NCBI GenBank assembly: GCA_036676495.1
Contig: JAKFCT010000001.1
Location: forward strand, 13,526 to 77,525
Length of the DNA: 64,000 bases
DNA from: Candidatus Sericytochromatia bacterium
Lineage (GTDB): Bacteria > Cyanobacteriota > Sericytochromatia > S15B-MN24 > UBA4093
Direction: 5' to 3'
Below are positions 33,594 through 42,570 of the stretch, piece by piece. Numbering within the stretch: position 1 is the first letter of the stretch; every line of letters starts with the position of its first letter. Below the pieces are notes generated by a model. That model saw nothing but the letters and a program-made list of their open reading frames with translations. It searched no databases and was not told where the DNA came from. The position numbers and the translations under genes were made by a program.

Positions 33594-34331
33594 CCGCCCG
33601 CCGTCGACCAAGAGCGTCTGCCCGGTCACGTAGGAGGCCTGCTCGGACGCCAGGAAGAGCACCGCCGCGGCGATGTCCGCGTCCGTCCCGAAGCGGCCCA
33701 TGGGAGTGCCTTCCTCGACCGCCTGCCGCTGCTCGGGACTCAAGCCCGCCTGAATCCGGGTCTCGACGTAGCCCGGCGCCACCCCCACTGCGCGCACCTG
33801 CGGAGCCAGCTCCTTGGCGAGACTCTTGGTCAACGCGATCACGCCCGCCTTGGCCGCCGCGTAATGCATCGACGAGGCGGCCCCTTCCACCCCGCGCATG
33901 GACGCGATGTTGACGATCACCCCGCTCCCGCGCGCGACCATGCCCTGGGCTGCCGCCTGCGCGCAGAGGAACGTTCCCTTCAGGTTCACGTCCACCACGT
34001 CGTCCCACATCTCCTCGGTGATGGCGAAGAGTCCGCCACGCCGCACGACCCCGGCATTGTTGACCAGGATGTCGAGCGGCCCCAGCTCCGCTTCGACCCG
34101 CTCGACCATGGCCCGGACCTCGGCCGGCCGCGCGACATCGGCCCGGACGGCGAGCGCGCGCGCCCCCCTCTCCCGGATCGACGCGACGACCGCGTCGGCT
34201 GCCGCCTCGTCATGGGCATAGTTGACGGCCACATGGGCCCCCTCGTTTCCGAAGGCCTGGGCGATTCCCCGGCCGATGCCATGGCTCGCGCCCGTCACCA
34301 AGACGACCTTGCCCTTGTAACCCAGGTCCAT
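33582..34331 (-). CDS. SDR-family oxidoreductase (3-oxoacyl-ACP reductase FabG-like)
   Basis: Internal ATG 34331. VVLVTGASHGIGRGIA, NNAG and the catalytic YAAAKAG motif are present. Confidence 0.85.
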   Translation of the reverse strand: MDLGYKGKVVLVTGASHGIGRGIAQAFGNEGAHVAVNYAHDEAAADAVVASIRERGARALAVRADVARPAEVRAMVERVEAELGPLDILVNNAGVVRRGGLFAITEEMWDDVVDVNLKGTFLCAQAAAQGMVARGSGVIVNIASMRGVEGAASSMHYAAAKAGVIALTKSLAKELAPQVRAVGVAPGYVETRIQAGLSPEQRQAVEEGTPMGRFGTDADIAAAVLFLASEQASYVTGQTLLVDGGRVTC

Positions 34332-34418
34332 GCTCCGTCCTTTCCACGTTTCAGCGTCGACTCCCCCCATGTTACCTCAGGGCAGGCTGGTCGGTAGCGC
34401 GCTCAGCGAAAGGCAAGG

Positions 34419-34462
34419 AGCGGTGACGCCCCCCTCGAGTCAAGAGGAGGGGCATCACCGCT
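34419..34462 (-). terminator. Imperfect long hairpin downstream of the S8 peptidase gene
   Basis: AGCGGTGACGCCCCCCTC ... GAGGAGGGGCATCACCGCT. The minus-strand reading is followed by a T-containing tract. Confidence 0.45.
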
Positions 34463-34504
34463 CGTGATCCTGCTGCGACGCTCCGCGTCGAGAAGGAAGG
34501 AGGC

Positions 34505-35620
34505 CTAGAGGCCGAAGATCGCCTCGAAGGGATCGACCGCTCCGTGGCCGTAGGTGTCGTCCCGACCGCGATCGCCCAGGTCATCGGCGGTCTTGTAGAG
34601 GCGCTCGCGGATCTGGGCGGGCGTCCAGTCGGGATTCTTGGCGACCAGCAGCGCGGCGACGCCGGCGACGTAGGGAGCCGCCATCGAGGTGCCGGTGTAG
34701 TTGGCGAAGGAATCGTCGGGAACCGAGGAGCGAATCGCGGTTCCGGGAGCCGAGAGGTCGACGGCGGGGCCGCGGCTGGAGCTGGGATGGGTCTTGAGCG
34801 GGCGGGAATGGTCGTCCAGGTTGGCCACGGAGATGACGTTCGGCGAGTTGCCGGGGTAGCCGACGGTATCGGCCTTGTCCGTGCCGTTGTTGCCCGCGGC
34901 CACCACCACGACGACCCCCTTGGACTCGGCGTAGCGAATGGCTTCCTCGACCTGCTTGACCTTGCGGCCGTGAACGAACTTCATCAGCCAGCCGTCCATC
35001 TGGATCCCGAGGCTGATGTTGATGACCTTGGCGCCATGGTCGGCCGCGTAGCGGATGCCGTCGGCGAGCTGCGGCATGAACTTGGTGTTGGAGGTGGAGA
35101 GGTTGGGAATCTTGATCGGCAGAATCGACGCGCCCTGGGCCACCCCTTCGAGCCCCTCGGAGGGGAAGGACCCGGCGATGATGCCGGCGACATGGGTGCC
35201 GTGCCCCATGGTGTCCTCGACGTCCCGGCCCTTGGTCTCGACGTTGTAGCCGGGAAGCAAGCGGCCCTTGAGGGCGGGGTGATCGGTGTCGACCCCCGAG
35301 TCGATGACCGCGACCACCACCTGGCCCTGCGGGATCTCGCCGAAGCCGTCGTCGGTGAAGAGCACGGAGGCCTCCGCGCCGTCAAGGGAGAGGCGATCGC
35401 CCCGGCTCACGCTGGCGTCGGCGCCAAGACGGGCGACGCGGCTCTCGGTGCGGGCCGCGCCGCTCAAGAGCAGCACGTCCTGGCCCTGGCGGGCGATCAC
35501 GCTGGGAAGGCCGTCCTTGGCCGCTTCGGCCTGCAGCAGAGCCCGATTGGCCGCCGTGTCGCGAAGACGCTTGGCCGTGGCGAGGGTCTGGAGCTGGGAC
35601 GAGCGGGTCTGAACAGCCAT
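34505..35620 (-). CDS. S8-family (subtilisin-like) serine peptidase
   Basis: Catalytic triad motifs VAVIDSGVDTDHPAL, HGTHVAG and GTSMAAPYVAG. Start taken at M7 (35620) after GGAGGCAGA. No N-terminal signal peptide is seen. Confidence 0.85.
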   Translation of the reverse strand: MAVQTRSSQLQTLATAKRLRDTAANRALLQAEAAKDGLPSVIARQGQDVLLLSGAARTESRVARLGADASVSRGDRLSLDGAEASVLFTDDGFGEIPQGQVVVAVIDSGVDTDHPALKGRLLPGYNVETKGRDVEDTMGHGTHVAGIIAGSFPSEGLEGVAQGASILPIKIPNLSTSNTKFMPQLADGIRYAADHGAKVINISLGIQMDGWLMKFVHGRKVKQVEEAIRYAESKGVVVVVAAGNNGTDKADTVGYPGNSPNVISVANLDDHSRPLKTHPSSSRGPAVDLSAPGTAIRSSVPDDSFANYTGTSMAAPYVAGVAALLVAKNPDWTPAQIRERLYKTADDLGDRGRDDTYGHGAVDPFEAIFGL

Positions 35621-35765
35621 TCTGCCTCCTGGATGCATCGGGGAACATGACCGACGAGGGGTGCTGCTTAACGTTATCGCCCCTTTGATTTAAATCTTTC
35701 TTAGAATTTTCTTAATACCCGGGCGAATTCGCCTCCCATGCGCCTCCCGGTGGTAGGATCAGGGC

Positions 35766-36887
35766 ATGACGACGGCAACAGGCTTGTGGAACCGCTTATT
35801 CGAGACGGCGCAGGAGCTGGGCTTCGGCGCCATGGGGGCAGTCGCGGCCCATCCGGACCCGAAAAGGCCCGTCCTCGAGCGCTGGCTGGACCAGGGCATG
35901 CACGGAGACATGGCCTGGATGGCCAAGGATCCCGCCCGACGCACGGACCCGCGCATGGTCCTGCCCGAGGCCCGCACCGTCCTCGCGCTCTACCACTCCT
36001 ATCATCCGGGCCTGCTGGAGGCCCCGCCGCAGGACAGCCCGCGCGGCCGGATCGCCCGCTACGCGCTGGGGGACGACTATCACGACCTCCTGGTCAGCAA
36101 GCTCCGCGTCCTCTCCCAGGAGCTGGAAGACCCCACGGCCCGCGTCTACACCGATACGGGCCCCTTCCTCGAGCGCTCCGTGGCGAGCCGCGCCCAGCTG
36201 GGCTGGACCGGGAAGTCGGGCCTGCTGATTCACCCCAAGCTCGGGACGTACGGCTTCCTGGCCGAGATCGTCACGGCCCAGGACCTGCCGGTGGCGGAAA
36301 CGCCGCATCCGGATCGCTGCGGCACCTGCACGCGTTGCCTGGACGTCTGCCCCACCGGAGCCCTGGTGGCCCCCGGGATCGTCGACTCCCGCCGCTGCAT
36401 CTCCTACCTGACCATCGAGCACCGGGGCCCCATCCCCCACGAGCTGAGGCCCCTCATGGGAGACTGGGTCTACGGCTGCGACCTCTGCCAGGAAGTCTGC
36501 CCCTGGAACCGCAAGGCTCCCGTCGCGACCGAGCCCGCCTTCCAGCCCAAGCCAGACCGGGTCTTCCCCCGGCTCGTCGACCTCCTGCTGATGACCCAGG
36601 AGCAATTCTCCCAAACCTTCAAGGGATCGGCCATCAAGCGGACCAAACGCCGCGGCCTCGCCCGCAACGCCGCCATCGCGCTGGGCAACGCCAAAGACCC
36701 CGCCACGGTCCCCGCGTTGAAGCAGGCCTTAGAAAGCGATCCCGAGCCCCTCGTCCGGGGGGCCGTGGCCTGGGCGCTCGGCCAGATCGGGACGGGCGAG
36801 GCCAGGGGAGCCTTGGAAGCCGCCAGGGACCGTGAAAGCGACCCGGAGGTGAGCGAGGAGATCCAGCGGGCGCTCGCGGGGGAGTGA
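35766..36887 (+). CDS. queG: tRNA epoxyqueuosine(34) reductase
   Basis: 373-aa ORF. CGTCTRCLDVCPTGA, CISYLTIEH and CDLCQEVCPWN motifs plus C-terminal HEAT-like repeats. Confidence 0.85.
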   Translation: MTTATGLWNRLFETAQELGFGAMGAVAAHPDPKRPVLERWLDQGMHGDMAWMAKDPARRTDPRMVLPEARTVLALYHSYHPGLLEAPPQDSPRGRIARYALGDDYHDLLVSKLRVLSQELEDPTARVYTDTGPFLERSVASRAQLGWTGKSGLLIHPKLGTYGFLAEIVTAQDLPVAETPHPDRCGTCTRCLDVCPTGALVAPGIVDSRRCISYLTIEHRGPIPHELRPLMGDWVYGCDLCQEVCPWNRKAPVATEPAFQPKPDRVFPRLVDLLLMTQEQFSQTFKGSAIKRTKRRGLARNAAIALGNAKDPATVPALKQALESDPEPLVRGAVAWALGQIGTGEARGALEAARDRESDPEVSEEIQRALAGE

Positions 36888-36951
36888 GCGTTTACCTCTG
36901 CTTGCTCCGGGTATGATCCGAGCGGCCCCCCGTTTCGCGTGAGGAACCCGC

Positions 36952-37980
36952 GTGACCGCCACCGCTCCTACCGTTCATGATGCCTCGAGTGCCCTGGCCC
37001 TGCTCAGGAGGCTCGCCTCCGAGGCCGCCCGCGAGAGTCTGCCTCAGGATCGGACGAAAAAGCTGCTGGAACAAGCCGCTAGACTGGTGGGTTCGACCCG
37101 CGGGGCGCTCATGATCGGCAACACCCTGGATCAGACGGCGGTCTTCGGCTCGGAAGGCCCCCTGGATCTGCCACGGGACTTGCTGGCGGAAGCCATGCTG
37201 GAGCGCCGTCCCGCGTCCCGCCGCCTGGAGTCAGGGTGCTGGGGCCTGGCCTTGCCGCTTCAAGTTGGCCCCGATCCGATCGCCCAGCTCTACCTCGAAG
37301 CCCCCGAGCCGCCCACTGAGTTGGCCCAAGAATTGCTTGAGACCTATACGCCGTTCGTGGCGCAGCTTTTATACGAAGTCAACGCCCGAAAGGTGTTGAA
37401 GCGGACGCGTGAGGCCTTCGAAGAAAAGCTGGACATGGCGCTGGGGCTTTACGATCTCTACCATGCGGCCGTGGGCGAGGCGATGACCGATCGCCTGACG
37501 GGGGTGGGGTCGCGCGCGTACTTCGACCAGCGGCTCTCCGAGCAGCTCGATCATGCGCGCCGGTACCGGCACCCGTTGACGCTGGTGATGATGGACGTGG
37601 ATCACTTCAAGGCCATCAACGACCACTACGGCCATCCGGCCGGAGATCAGGTGCTCGCGGGCGTCGGCGCCCTCTTGCGGGGGAGCGTGAGGCTGTCGGA
37701 CGTGGCGGCCCGTTACGGCGGCGAGGAGTTCGCGCTGATCCTGCCCTTCACCGACACGGAGGGCGCGTGGATCCTGGCCGATCGCTTGCGGCAAGCGTTG
37801 CAGGAATGGACGCTGATCCTGAGCGAGGGGCTCGTCCAGGTGACGGCCAGTTTCGGCCTGGCCGAGCTGAAGGAGGACATGGACGTCGCGGCGCTCGTCG
37901 CAGCGGCCGATCGGGCGCTGTATCGCGCCAAGCATGGTGGCCGGAACCAGGTTCAGGCGGCCGAGAGGATCGAAGGATGA
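36952..37980 (+). CDS. GAF-domain diguanylate cyclase (GGDEF)
   Basis: 342-aa ORF with a GTG start. The C-terminal domain has RYGGEEF and an I-site-like region. Confidence 0.85.
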   Translation: MTATAPTVHDASSALALLRRLASEAARESLPQDRTKKLLEQAARLVGSTRGALMIGNTLDQTAVFGSEGPLDLPRDLLAEAMLERRPASRRLESGCWGLALPLQVGPDPIAQLYLEAPEPPTELAQELLETYTPFVAQLLYEVNARKVLKRTREAFEEKLDMALGLYDLYHAAVGEAMTDRLTGVGSRAYFDQRLSEQLDHARRYRHPLTLVMMDVDHFKAINDHYGHPAGDQVLAGVGALLRGSVRLSDVAARYGGEEFALILPFTDTEGAWILADRLRQALQEWTLILSEGLVQVTASFGLAELKEDMDVAALVAAADRALYRAKHGGRNQVQAAERIEG

Positions 37981-38342
37981 GGGTAGACCTGTTTTCCGGG
38001 CGTGACGAGCGCGTGACCTTCTCCCAGGGTCCGGACGGCTTGATCGTAGCCATGCGGGGAAAGGCCGACCTGGAGGTCATGGCGCGGGCGCTGGAGTCGC
38101 TGCACCAGGAGGCGCTCGCGCGCCGGCATCCGGGAGTCACCCTGGACCTGAGCCAGCTGGAGCCCTTGGAGCCGGCGGCGGTGAAGACCTTGATCAAGTG
38201 GGCCATGCGCCAGGCGGAGCTGGATGAAGCCGAGCGCTACGGGATCGTCTTGAGGTACTCGGAGAGCGTGTCCTGGCAGAAGGTGAGCCTCGCAGCGGTC
38301 GCTCACCTTTGCCCGTACGTCAGGCTCGGGCCTATCGCGTGA
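37977..38342 (+). CDS. Hypothetical protein, STAS/anti-sigma-antagonist-like by pattern
   Basis: ATG 37977 overlaps the GGDEF stop (ATGA) and lies inside ORF 37767..38342. GVTLDLSQLEPLEPAAVKTLIKW resembles a STAS core. Assignment is weak. Confidence 0.5.
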   Translation: MRVDLFSGRDERVTFSQGPDGLIVAMRGKADLEVMARALESLHQEALARRHPGVTLDLSQLEPLEPAAVKTLIKWAMRQAELDEAERYGIVLRYSESVSWQKVSLAAVAHLCPYVRLGPIA

Positions 38343-39225
38343 GGGACGCGGCGGAGATCACGTCCACGTCGGTCGGAATCACCGGGGGAATGGTCTCGCC
38401 GTCGAGGGCCTTGACCAGCGTCTGAACCCCGAGTTTCCCCATTTGTTCGGGCTTCTGGGCGATCACCGCCTGGACCGTCCCGTTGCGGACCAGTTTCAAC
38501 ATGGCAGGGGTCGCATCGAAGGCCACCACGGCGACCTTGCGGCCGCTGCGCCGGATGACGTCTCCGACGGCGGGACCCGCGATGGCGTTGTCGGTGAAGA
38601 AGGCGCTGAGATCGGGATGCGCGTCCAAGGTCTCGCGCGCGATGCGCCGCGCGTTGTCGCGGCTCCCCATATCCGCTTGATCGCTCAAGAGGCGAATCCG
38701 GGTGCCCAGCATGGCGCGTCGGAAGCCTTCGACGCGCTGCCGGAGATTTTGGGCCGTGGGCACGCCGGTCACGATGGCGACTTTGCCTTTGGAGGTGAGG
38801 CCGAGCATGGCCTCACCGGCCTTTCGACCCGCCAGGAGGTTATCGGTGCCGATATAGGCGAGCCGATCCTTGTCGACGGTATCGGTATCGAAGGTGACGA
38901 CCTTGATGCCCGCGCGGACCGCCTTGCGGACGACCGGTCCCAGGGCCTTTGAGTCGACGGGAGCAATGGCGATGCCGTCGACTCCCTGCGCGATGAGTTG
39001 CTCGACGTGGCGAATCTGCGTGGCCGTATCGGTTTCGCGCTCCGGGGCCTTCAAAAGGAGGCGCACGTGCTGCCGCTTGGCCTCACGCTTGGCGGATCGG
39101 GTCACGGATCCCCAGTACTCTCCTTGAAGGCTCTTGCAGACCAGGCCCAAGCGGTACGTCTTGGCCTCCGCAGGCGCAGCGGTCGCCATGCACAGGGCCA
39201 GGATCAAGAAAAAGCGTCGCATCAT
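38332..39225 (-). CDS. Periplasmic sugar-binding protein (RbsB/Peripla_BP_4-like), orphan
   Basis: 297-aa ORF with a signal peptide. YRLGLVCKSLQGEYW ... DGIAIAPVD ... VVTFDTD. No permease or ATPase gene is adjacent. Confidence 0.8.
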   Translation of the reverse strand: MMRRFFLILALCMATAAPAEAKTYRLGLVCKSLQGEYWGSVTRSAKREAKRQHVRLLLKAPERETDTATQIRHVEQLIAQGVDGIAIAPVDSKALGPVVRKAVRAGIKVVTFDTDTVDKDRLAYIGTDNLLAGRKAGEAMLGLTSKGKVAIVTGVPTAQNLRQRVEGFRRAMLGTRIRLLSDQADMGSRDNARRIARETLDAHPDLSAFFTDNAIAGPAVGDVIRRSGRKVAVVAFDATPAMLKLVRNGTVQAVIAQKPEQMGKLGVQTLVKALDGETIPPVIPTDVDVISAASLTR

Positions 39226-39414
39226 GGGGCCATCCTGTCCGGGATCGTGAACGCGTGACGTGATGGCACCAGTCTAGCATAAGCAGGCGCTCGTCTGGCA
39301 TTCATGCGGGCGGAGGCTTTCTTTAAACCTCCGTGAAAGGTTGATTGAATCGGGCAAGTTTGCATGGGGACGGCGTATAATTTTCGAAGCAAGTTTCCGA
39401 AAGGAGGCCTCCGC

Positions 39415-40029
39415 ATGCTCGACTCGATAGGCAAGCTCGCGTCCCGCGCCCTCACGGCCCCCTTCCGGGCGACGCCGCCGGTCGCCGAGTCCCCCGCCGC
39501 GCCGCCCTCCCCAGGCAAGCCGTCTGCTGCCGCGGATCGGGCCATCGGCCTCGCGGGACGCGAGCAGATCGCGGCGTTCGCCCAGCCGCTCACTCCGCTC
39601 GAGGAGTTTCGCGAGCAGGCGCAGGCCATGATGGCCGGGATGGACGTCCTCACTCGGGTCGAGGCCGAGCGGATGCTGGCGGCGTTGACGCGCGACCTCA
39701 ATCCCGGCGAGTCGCTGGGCGAGTTCCGCGCCCAGCTCAAGACGATGTTCAACAAGTTCAAGCAGTTCGTGGACGGCAAGCAGGACGAGCAGCGCCACGT
39801 CAGGGCCGAGGCCGACGCGCAGTGGCTGCTGTTCTACCAGTCTCTCGAGCGCTACCTCTTGCAGCTCGCGACGCTCGCGAAGGTGGAAGCCGACGTGCTG
39901 GACCGCCGCCAGAAGGAGTCGAAGAGCGAGGCCGTGTATAGCGAGCGCCTGCTGGTCGCCGCCGCGGCGACCCAGGCTCCGGAGCAGCGGGTCACGTTGT
40001 TGAGCGCGCAGCTGAGCCGGAAGTCTTAA
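39415..40029 (+). CDS. Hypothetical helical protein
   Basis: ATG 39415 follows GAAAGGAGG inside ORF 39364..40029. A TATAAT hexamer lies at 39376-39381. No family recognised. Confidence 0.55.
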   Translation: MLDSIGKLASRALTAPFRATPPVAESPAAPPSPGKPSAAADRAIGLAGREQIAAFAQPLTPLEEFREQAQAMMAGMDVLTRVEAERMLAALTRDLNPGESLGEFRAQLKTMFNKFKQFVDGKQDEQRHVRAEADAQWLLFYQSLERYLLQLATLAKVEADVLDRRQKESKSEAVYSERLLVAAAATQAPEQRVTLLSAQLSRKS

Positions 40030-40050
40030 GCCGGGGGGCTCGCGGCCAAA

Positions 40051-40082
40051 GGCTCGCATGCCGTCGATGAGGCATGCGAGCC
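40051..40082 (+). terminator. 12-bp hairpin after the hypothetical gene
   Basis: GGCTCGCATGCC-GTCGATGA-GGCATGCGAGCC. No U tract follows. Confidence 0.45.
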
Positions 40083-40168
40083 AGGCCGCTTAGCGGGCCT
40101 CCGGCCCTTGTCTTCCCGGCGGCTCCCTCCTAAGATCGCGAGCGTACGGTTGAGCAAGGGAGATCGCC

Positions 40169-41818
40169 TTGGGCTTCCCATTCGGCCTTCCACCGATCAC
40201 GCGCTATCGGCAGATTTTTTCCGTCATGGCGCGCTATGGCTTCGCGGATCTGGCCGAGGAGCTGGGCTACGAGGGCCTGATTCCTCGCACGTGGCGCCGC
40301 CCGCGCCCGGAGGCGGATCCCGACGAAACGCGCGCGCTCAACCTTCGCCTGGCCCTTCAGGAGCTGGGGCCCACCTACATCAAGCTGGGGCAGGTGCTCT
40401 CCACCCGCCCCGATCTCCTCCCGGCCCCCTACATCCGCGAACTGGAAAACCTTCAGGACCGCATCCCCCCCTTTCCGGGCGAGATCGCCAAGGCCCTGAT
40501 CGAAGCCGAGCTGGGAGCTCCCATCAGCGAGCTCTTCATGGTCTTCTACGACACGCCGCTCGCTTCGGCCTCCCTCTCCCAGGCCCATGAAGCCATCCTT
40601 CCCGACGGCACCCAGGTGATCGTCAAGGTCCAGCGGCCGGAGGCCGCCGATCGGGTGAAACGGGACATCCCCGCGCTGCGCAGCCTCGCGAAGCTCTTCG
40701 AGTCCCGCACCGAATGGGGGAAGCTCTACGACCTGACCGGAGTGGTCAACGAGCTCGAGCGCAACCTCCTCATGGAGCTGAACTTCCTGCGCGAGCGCTT
40801 CAACCTCGAGACCCTGGCCGAAAACCTCGCGCCCTTTCCGCGGATCAAAGTTCCCAAGGTCTATCCCGGCTACTCCAGCCCGCGGGTGCTGGTCATGGAG
40901 CGCGTCTTCGGCAAGAAGCCCAATGGCGGCAGGCGGGAACCGGAGCTCGCCATCGAGTTCCTGCGCGCGTTCCTCAAGCAGTTCGCCGAAGACGGCTTCT
41001 TCCATGCCGATCCCCACCCGGGAAACGTCCTGCTGACCGAGGACGGCGACCTCTACCTGATCGACCTGGGCATGGTGGGCTACCTGGACTCCCGGACGCG
41101 CCGCGGAGTGACCAAGTTCCTGCTGGCCATGATGGGGCATCGCGGCGACACCGCGGCCGAGGTGCTGGTCGAGCTGGGGGATCCCTTGCGGGACTTCCAG
41201 ATGAACGTCTACCGGCTGGAAATCGGGCGGTTGGTCTCGCGGTTCCACAACACCCCGCTCTCCGAGCTGAACGTCGGCGAGGTCATGACCGAGGCGGTCC
41301 GGATCGGCTCTCAGAGCCGGCTGCGATTCCAGTCCCAGCTCTTGCTGCTGGTGAAGGCCTTGACCCAGATCGACGGCATCGCCCGCGCGCTGGATCCGGA
41401 GGCGGATCTGCTCGACATCCTCCAGCCCTACTTGCCATCGGTGGTGGCCGATCAGGTCGGGGAGCTGACCAGCCCCATGAACCTCCTGCACACCGGCATC
41501 GAAGCCACCGAAGTCGCCCTCGACCTGCCGCGCAAGATGAGCATCCTGCTGGACAAGATCAACGCCGACAACCGGATCCGCATCCAGTTCGAGCATGTCG
41601 CGCTGGCGGAGGCCTTCGAGCCCTTCGGCAAGTGGATCAACCGGATCGTGCTGGGGATCGTCTTCGCGGCCCTGGCGATCGCCTCGGCCATGATCATCTC
41701 CACCGGGGCAGGCCCCCAGTGGTTCGGTCACCCGGCGCTGGGGGTGCTGGGCTTTTTCTTGTCGATGCTGCTCGGCATCTACCTGGTCGTGACGATCCTC
41801 CGCACCCGCCTGCTCTGA
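40169..41818 (+). CDS. ABC1/UbiB-family atypical kinase
   Basis: 549-aa ORF with a TTG start after GGGAGA. YIKLGQVLSTRPDLLP, ASLSQAH and HADPHPGN motifs, plus C-terminal TM helices. Confidence 0.85.
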   Translation: MGFPFGLPPITRYRQIFSVMARYGFADLAEELGYEGLIPRTWRRPRPEADPDETRALNLRLALQELGPTYIKLGQVLSTRPDLLPAPYIRELENLQDRIPPFPGEIAKALIEAELGAPISELFMVFYDTPLASASLSQAHEAILPDGTQVIVKVQRPEAADRVKRDIPALRSLAKLFESRTEWGKLYDLTGVVNELERNLLMELNFLRERFNLETLAENLAPFPRIKVPKVYPGYSSPRVLVMERVFGKKPNGGRREPELAIEFLRAFLKQFAEDGFFHADPHPGNVLLTEDGDLYLIDLGMVGYLDSRTRRGVTKFLLAMMGHRGDTAAEVLVELGDPLRDFQMNVYRLEIGRLVSRFHNTPLSELNVGEVMTEAVRIGSQSRLRFQSQLLLLVKALTQIDGIARALDPEADLLDILQPYLPSVVADQVGELTSPMNLLHTGIEATEVALDLPRKMSILLDKINADNRIRIQFEHVALAEAFEPFGKWINRIVLGIVFAALAIASAMIISTGAGPQWFGHPALGVLGFFLSMLLGIYLVVTILRTRLL

Positions 41819-41939
41819 GGCGGAGCGTCACTCCCGCAAGGACGATGGGGGATCCCGGCAAGACGACCCTTGACCAAGCGCCCGGAACGCGCGTAAACTT
41901 TCTTAACACTCCTGACATGGAGGGGAGAGGGGATGCGTC

Positions 41940-42569
41940 ATGAACCTGGAAATCGGCGCGGAGGTGCTGGGCCCTGACGGGAAACTCGGGACGCTGACTC
42001 AGATCGTGATCGAGCCGCTGGGAGAGCGGGTCACCCATGTGATCGTGGAGCGGGGCGGGCTTCACCCCTGGGAGAAGGTGGTCCCCACCGACACCCTCAC
42101 GCACACGGAAAACGCGCGGGTCTGGACGACGCTCAGCCTCAGCGAGATGGAAGCCCTTCCCGATTTCCTCTCGCTCAGCCACTCGGAGACGGCGCCGGCG
42201 ATGCCCACGGAGGTTCCGCTGGCGGACTTGCAGCCGGTCGGCCTCCTCTGGCCGTCCAACGTGCTCGGCTGGTACTTGCCCTCTCATCAGAGCCGCACCC
42301 CGGCTCCTCCCCAGGCCAACCTGCCTCCCGGCTCGCACGGCCTCAAATCCGGCACCGAGGTGCATTGCCGGGACGGGATGGTGGGGCACCTCGACGAGGT
42401 CGTCTACGACCAAGCGTCGGGCCGTGCCACGGGGATGATCATCCGGAAGGGCTTCTTCTTCGCGCGGGAGCTGGAGGCCCCCATCGACTGGGTGGAGGCC
42501 ATCAACGACACGATCCGGTTGCGGGTCAGCTGCGACGAGGTCCCGCCGCGGCGCCGGCGGCGTCGCTAG
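41940..42569 (+). CDS. Tandem PRC-barrel domain protein
   Basis: 209-aa ORF with two PRC-like cores (GAEVLGPDGKLGTLTQIVIEP and GTEVHCRDGMVGHLDEVVYD). Confidence 0.75.
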   Translation: MNLEIGAEVLGPDGKLGTLTQIVIEPLGERVTHVIVERGGLHPWEKVVPTDTLTHTENARVWTTLSLSEMEALPDFLSLSHSETAPAMPTEVPLADLQPVGLLWPSNVLGWYLPSHQSRTPAPPQANLPPGSHGLKSGTEVHCRDGMVGHLDEVVYDQASGRATGMIIRKGFFFARELEAPIDWVEAINDTIRLRVSCDEVPPRRRRRR

Positions 42570-42570
42570 C

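Noticed and set aside
35581-35641. Apparent 1-nt frame discrepancies when hand-translating across line breaks, here and at about 57000/57061. These could suggest frameshifts in the S8 peptidase and GH genes.
   Set aside because: The supplied ORF track reads straight through both genes with intact motifs. I treat the discrepancy as my own counting or formatting error, not as pseudogenes. It is the reason I allow a 1-2 nt tolerance on hand-derived coordinates.
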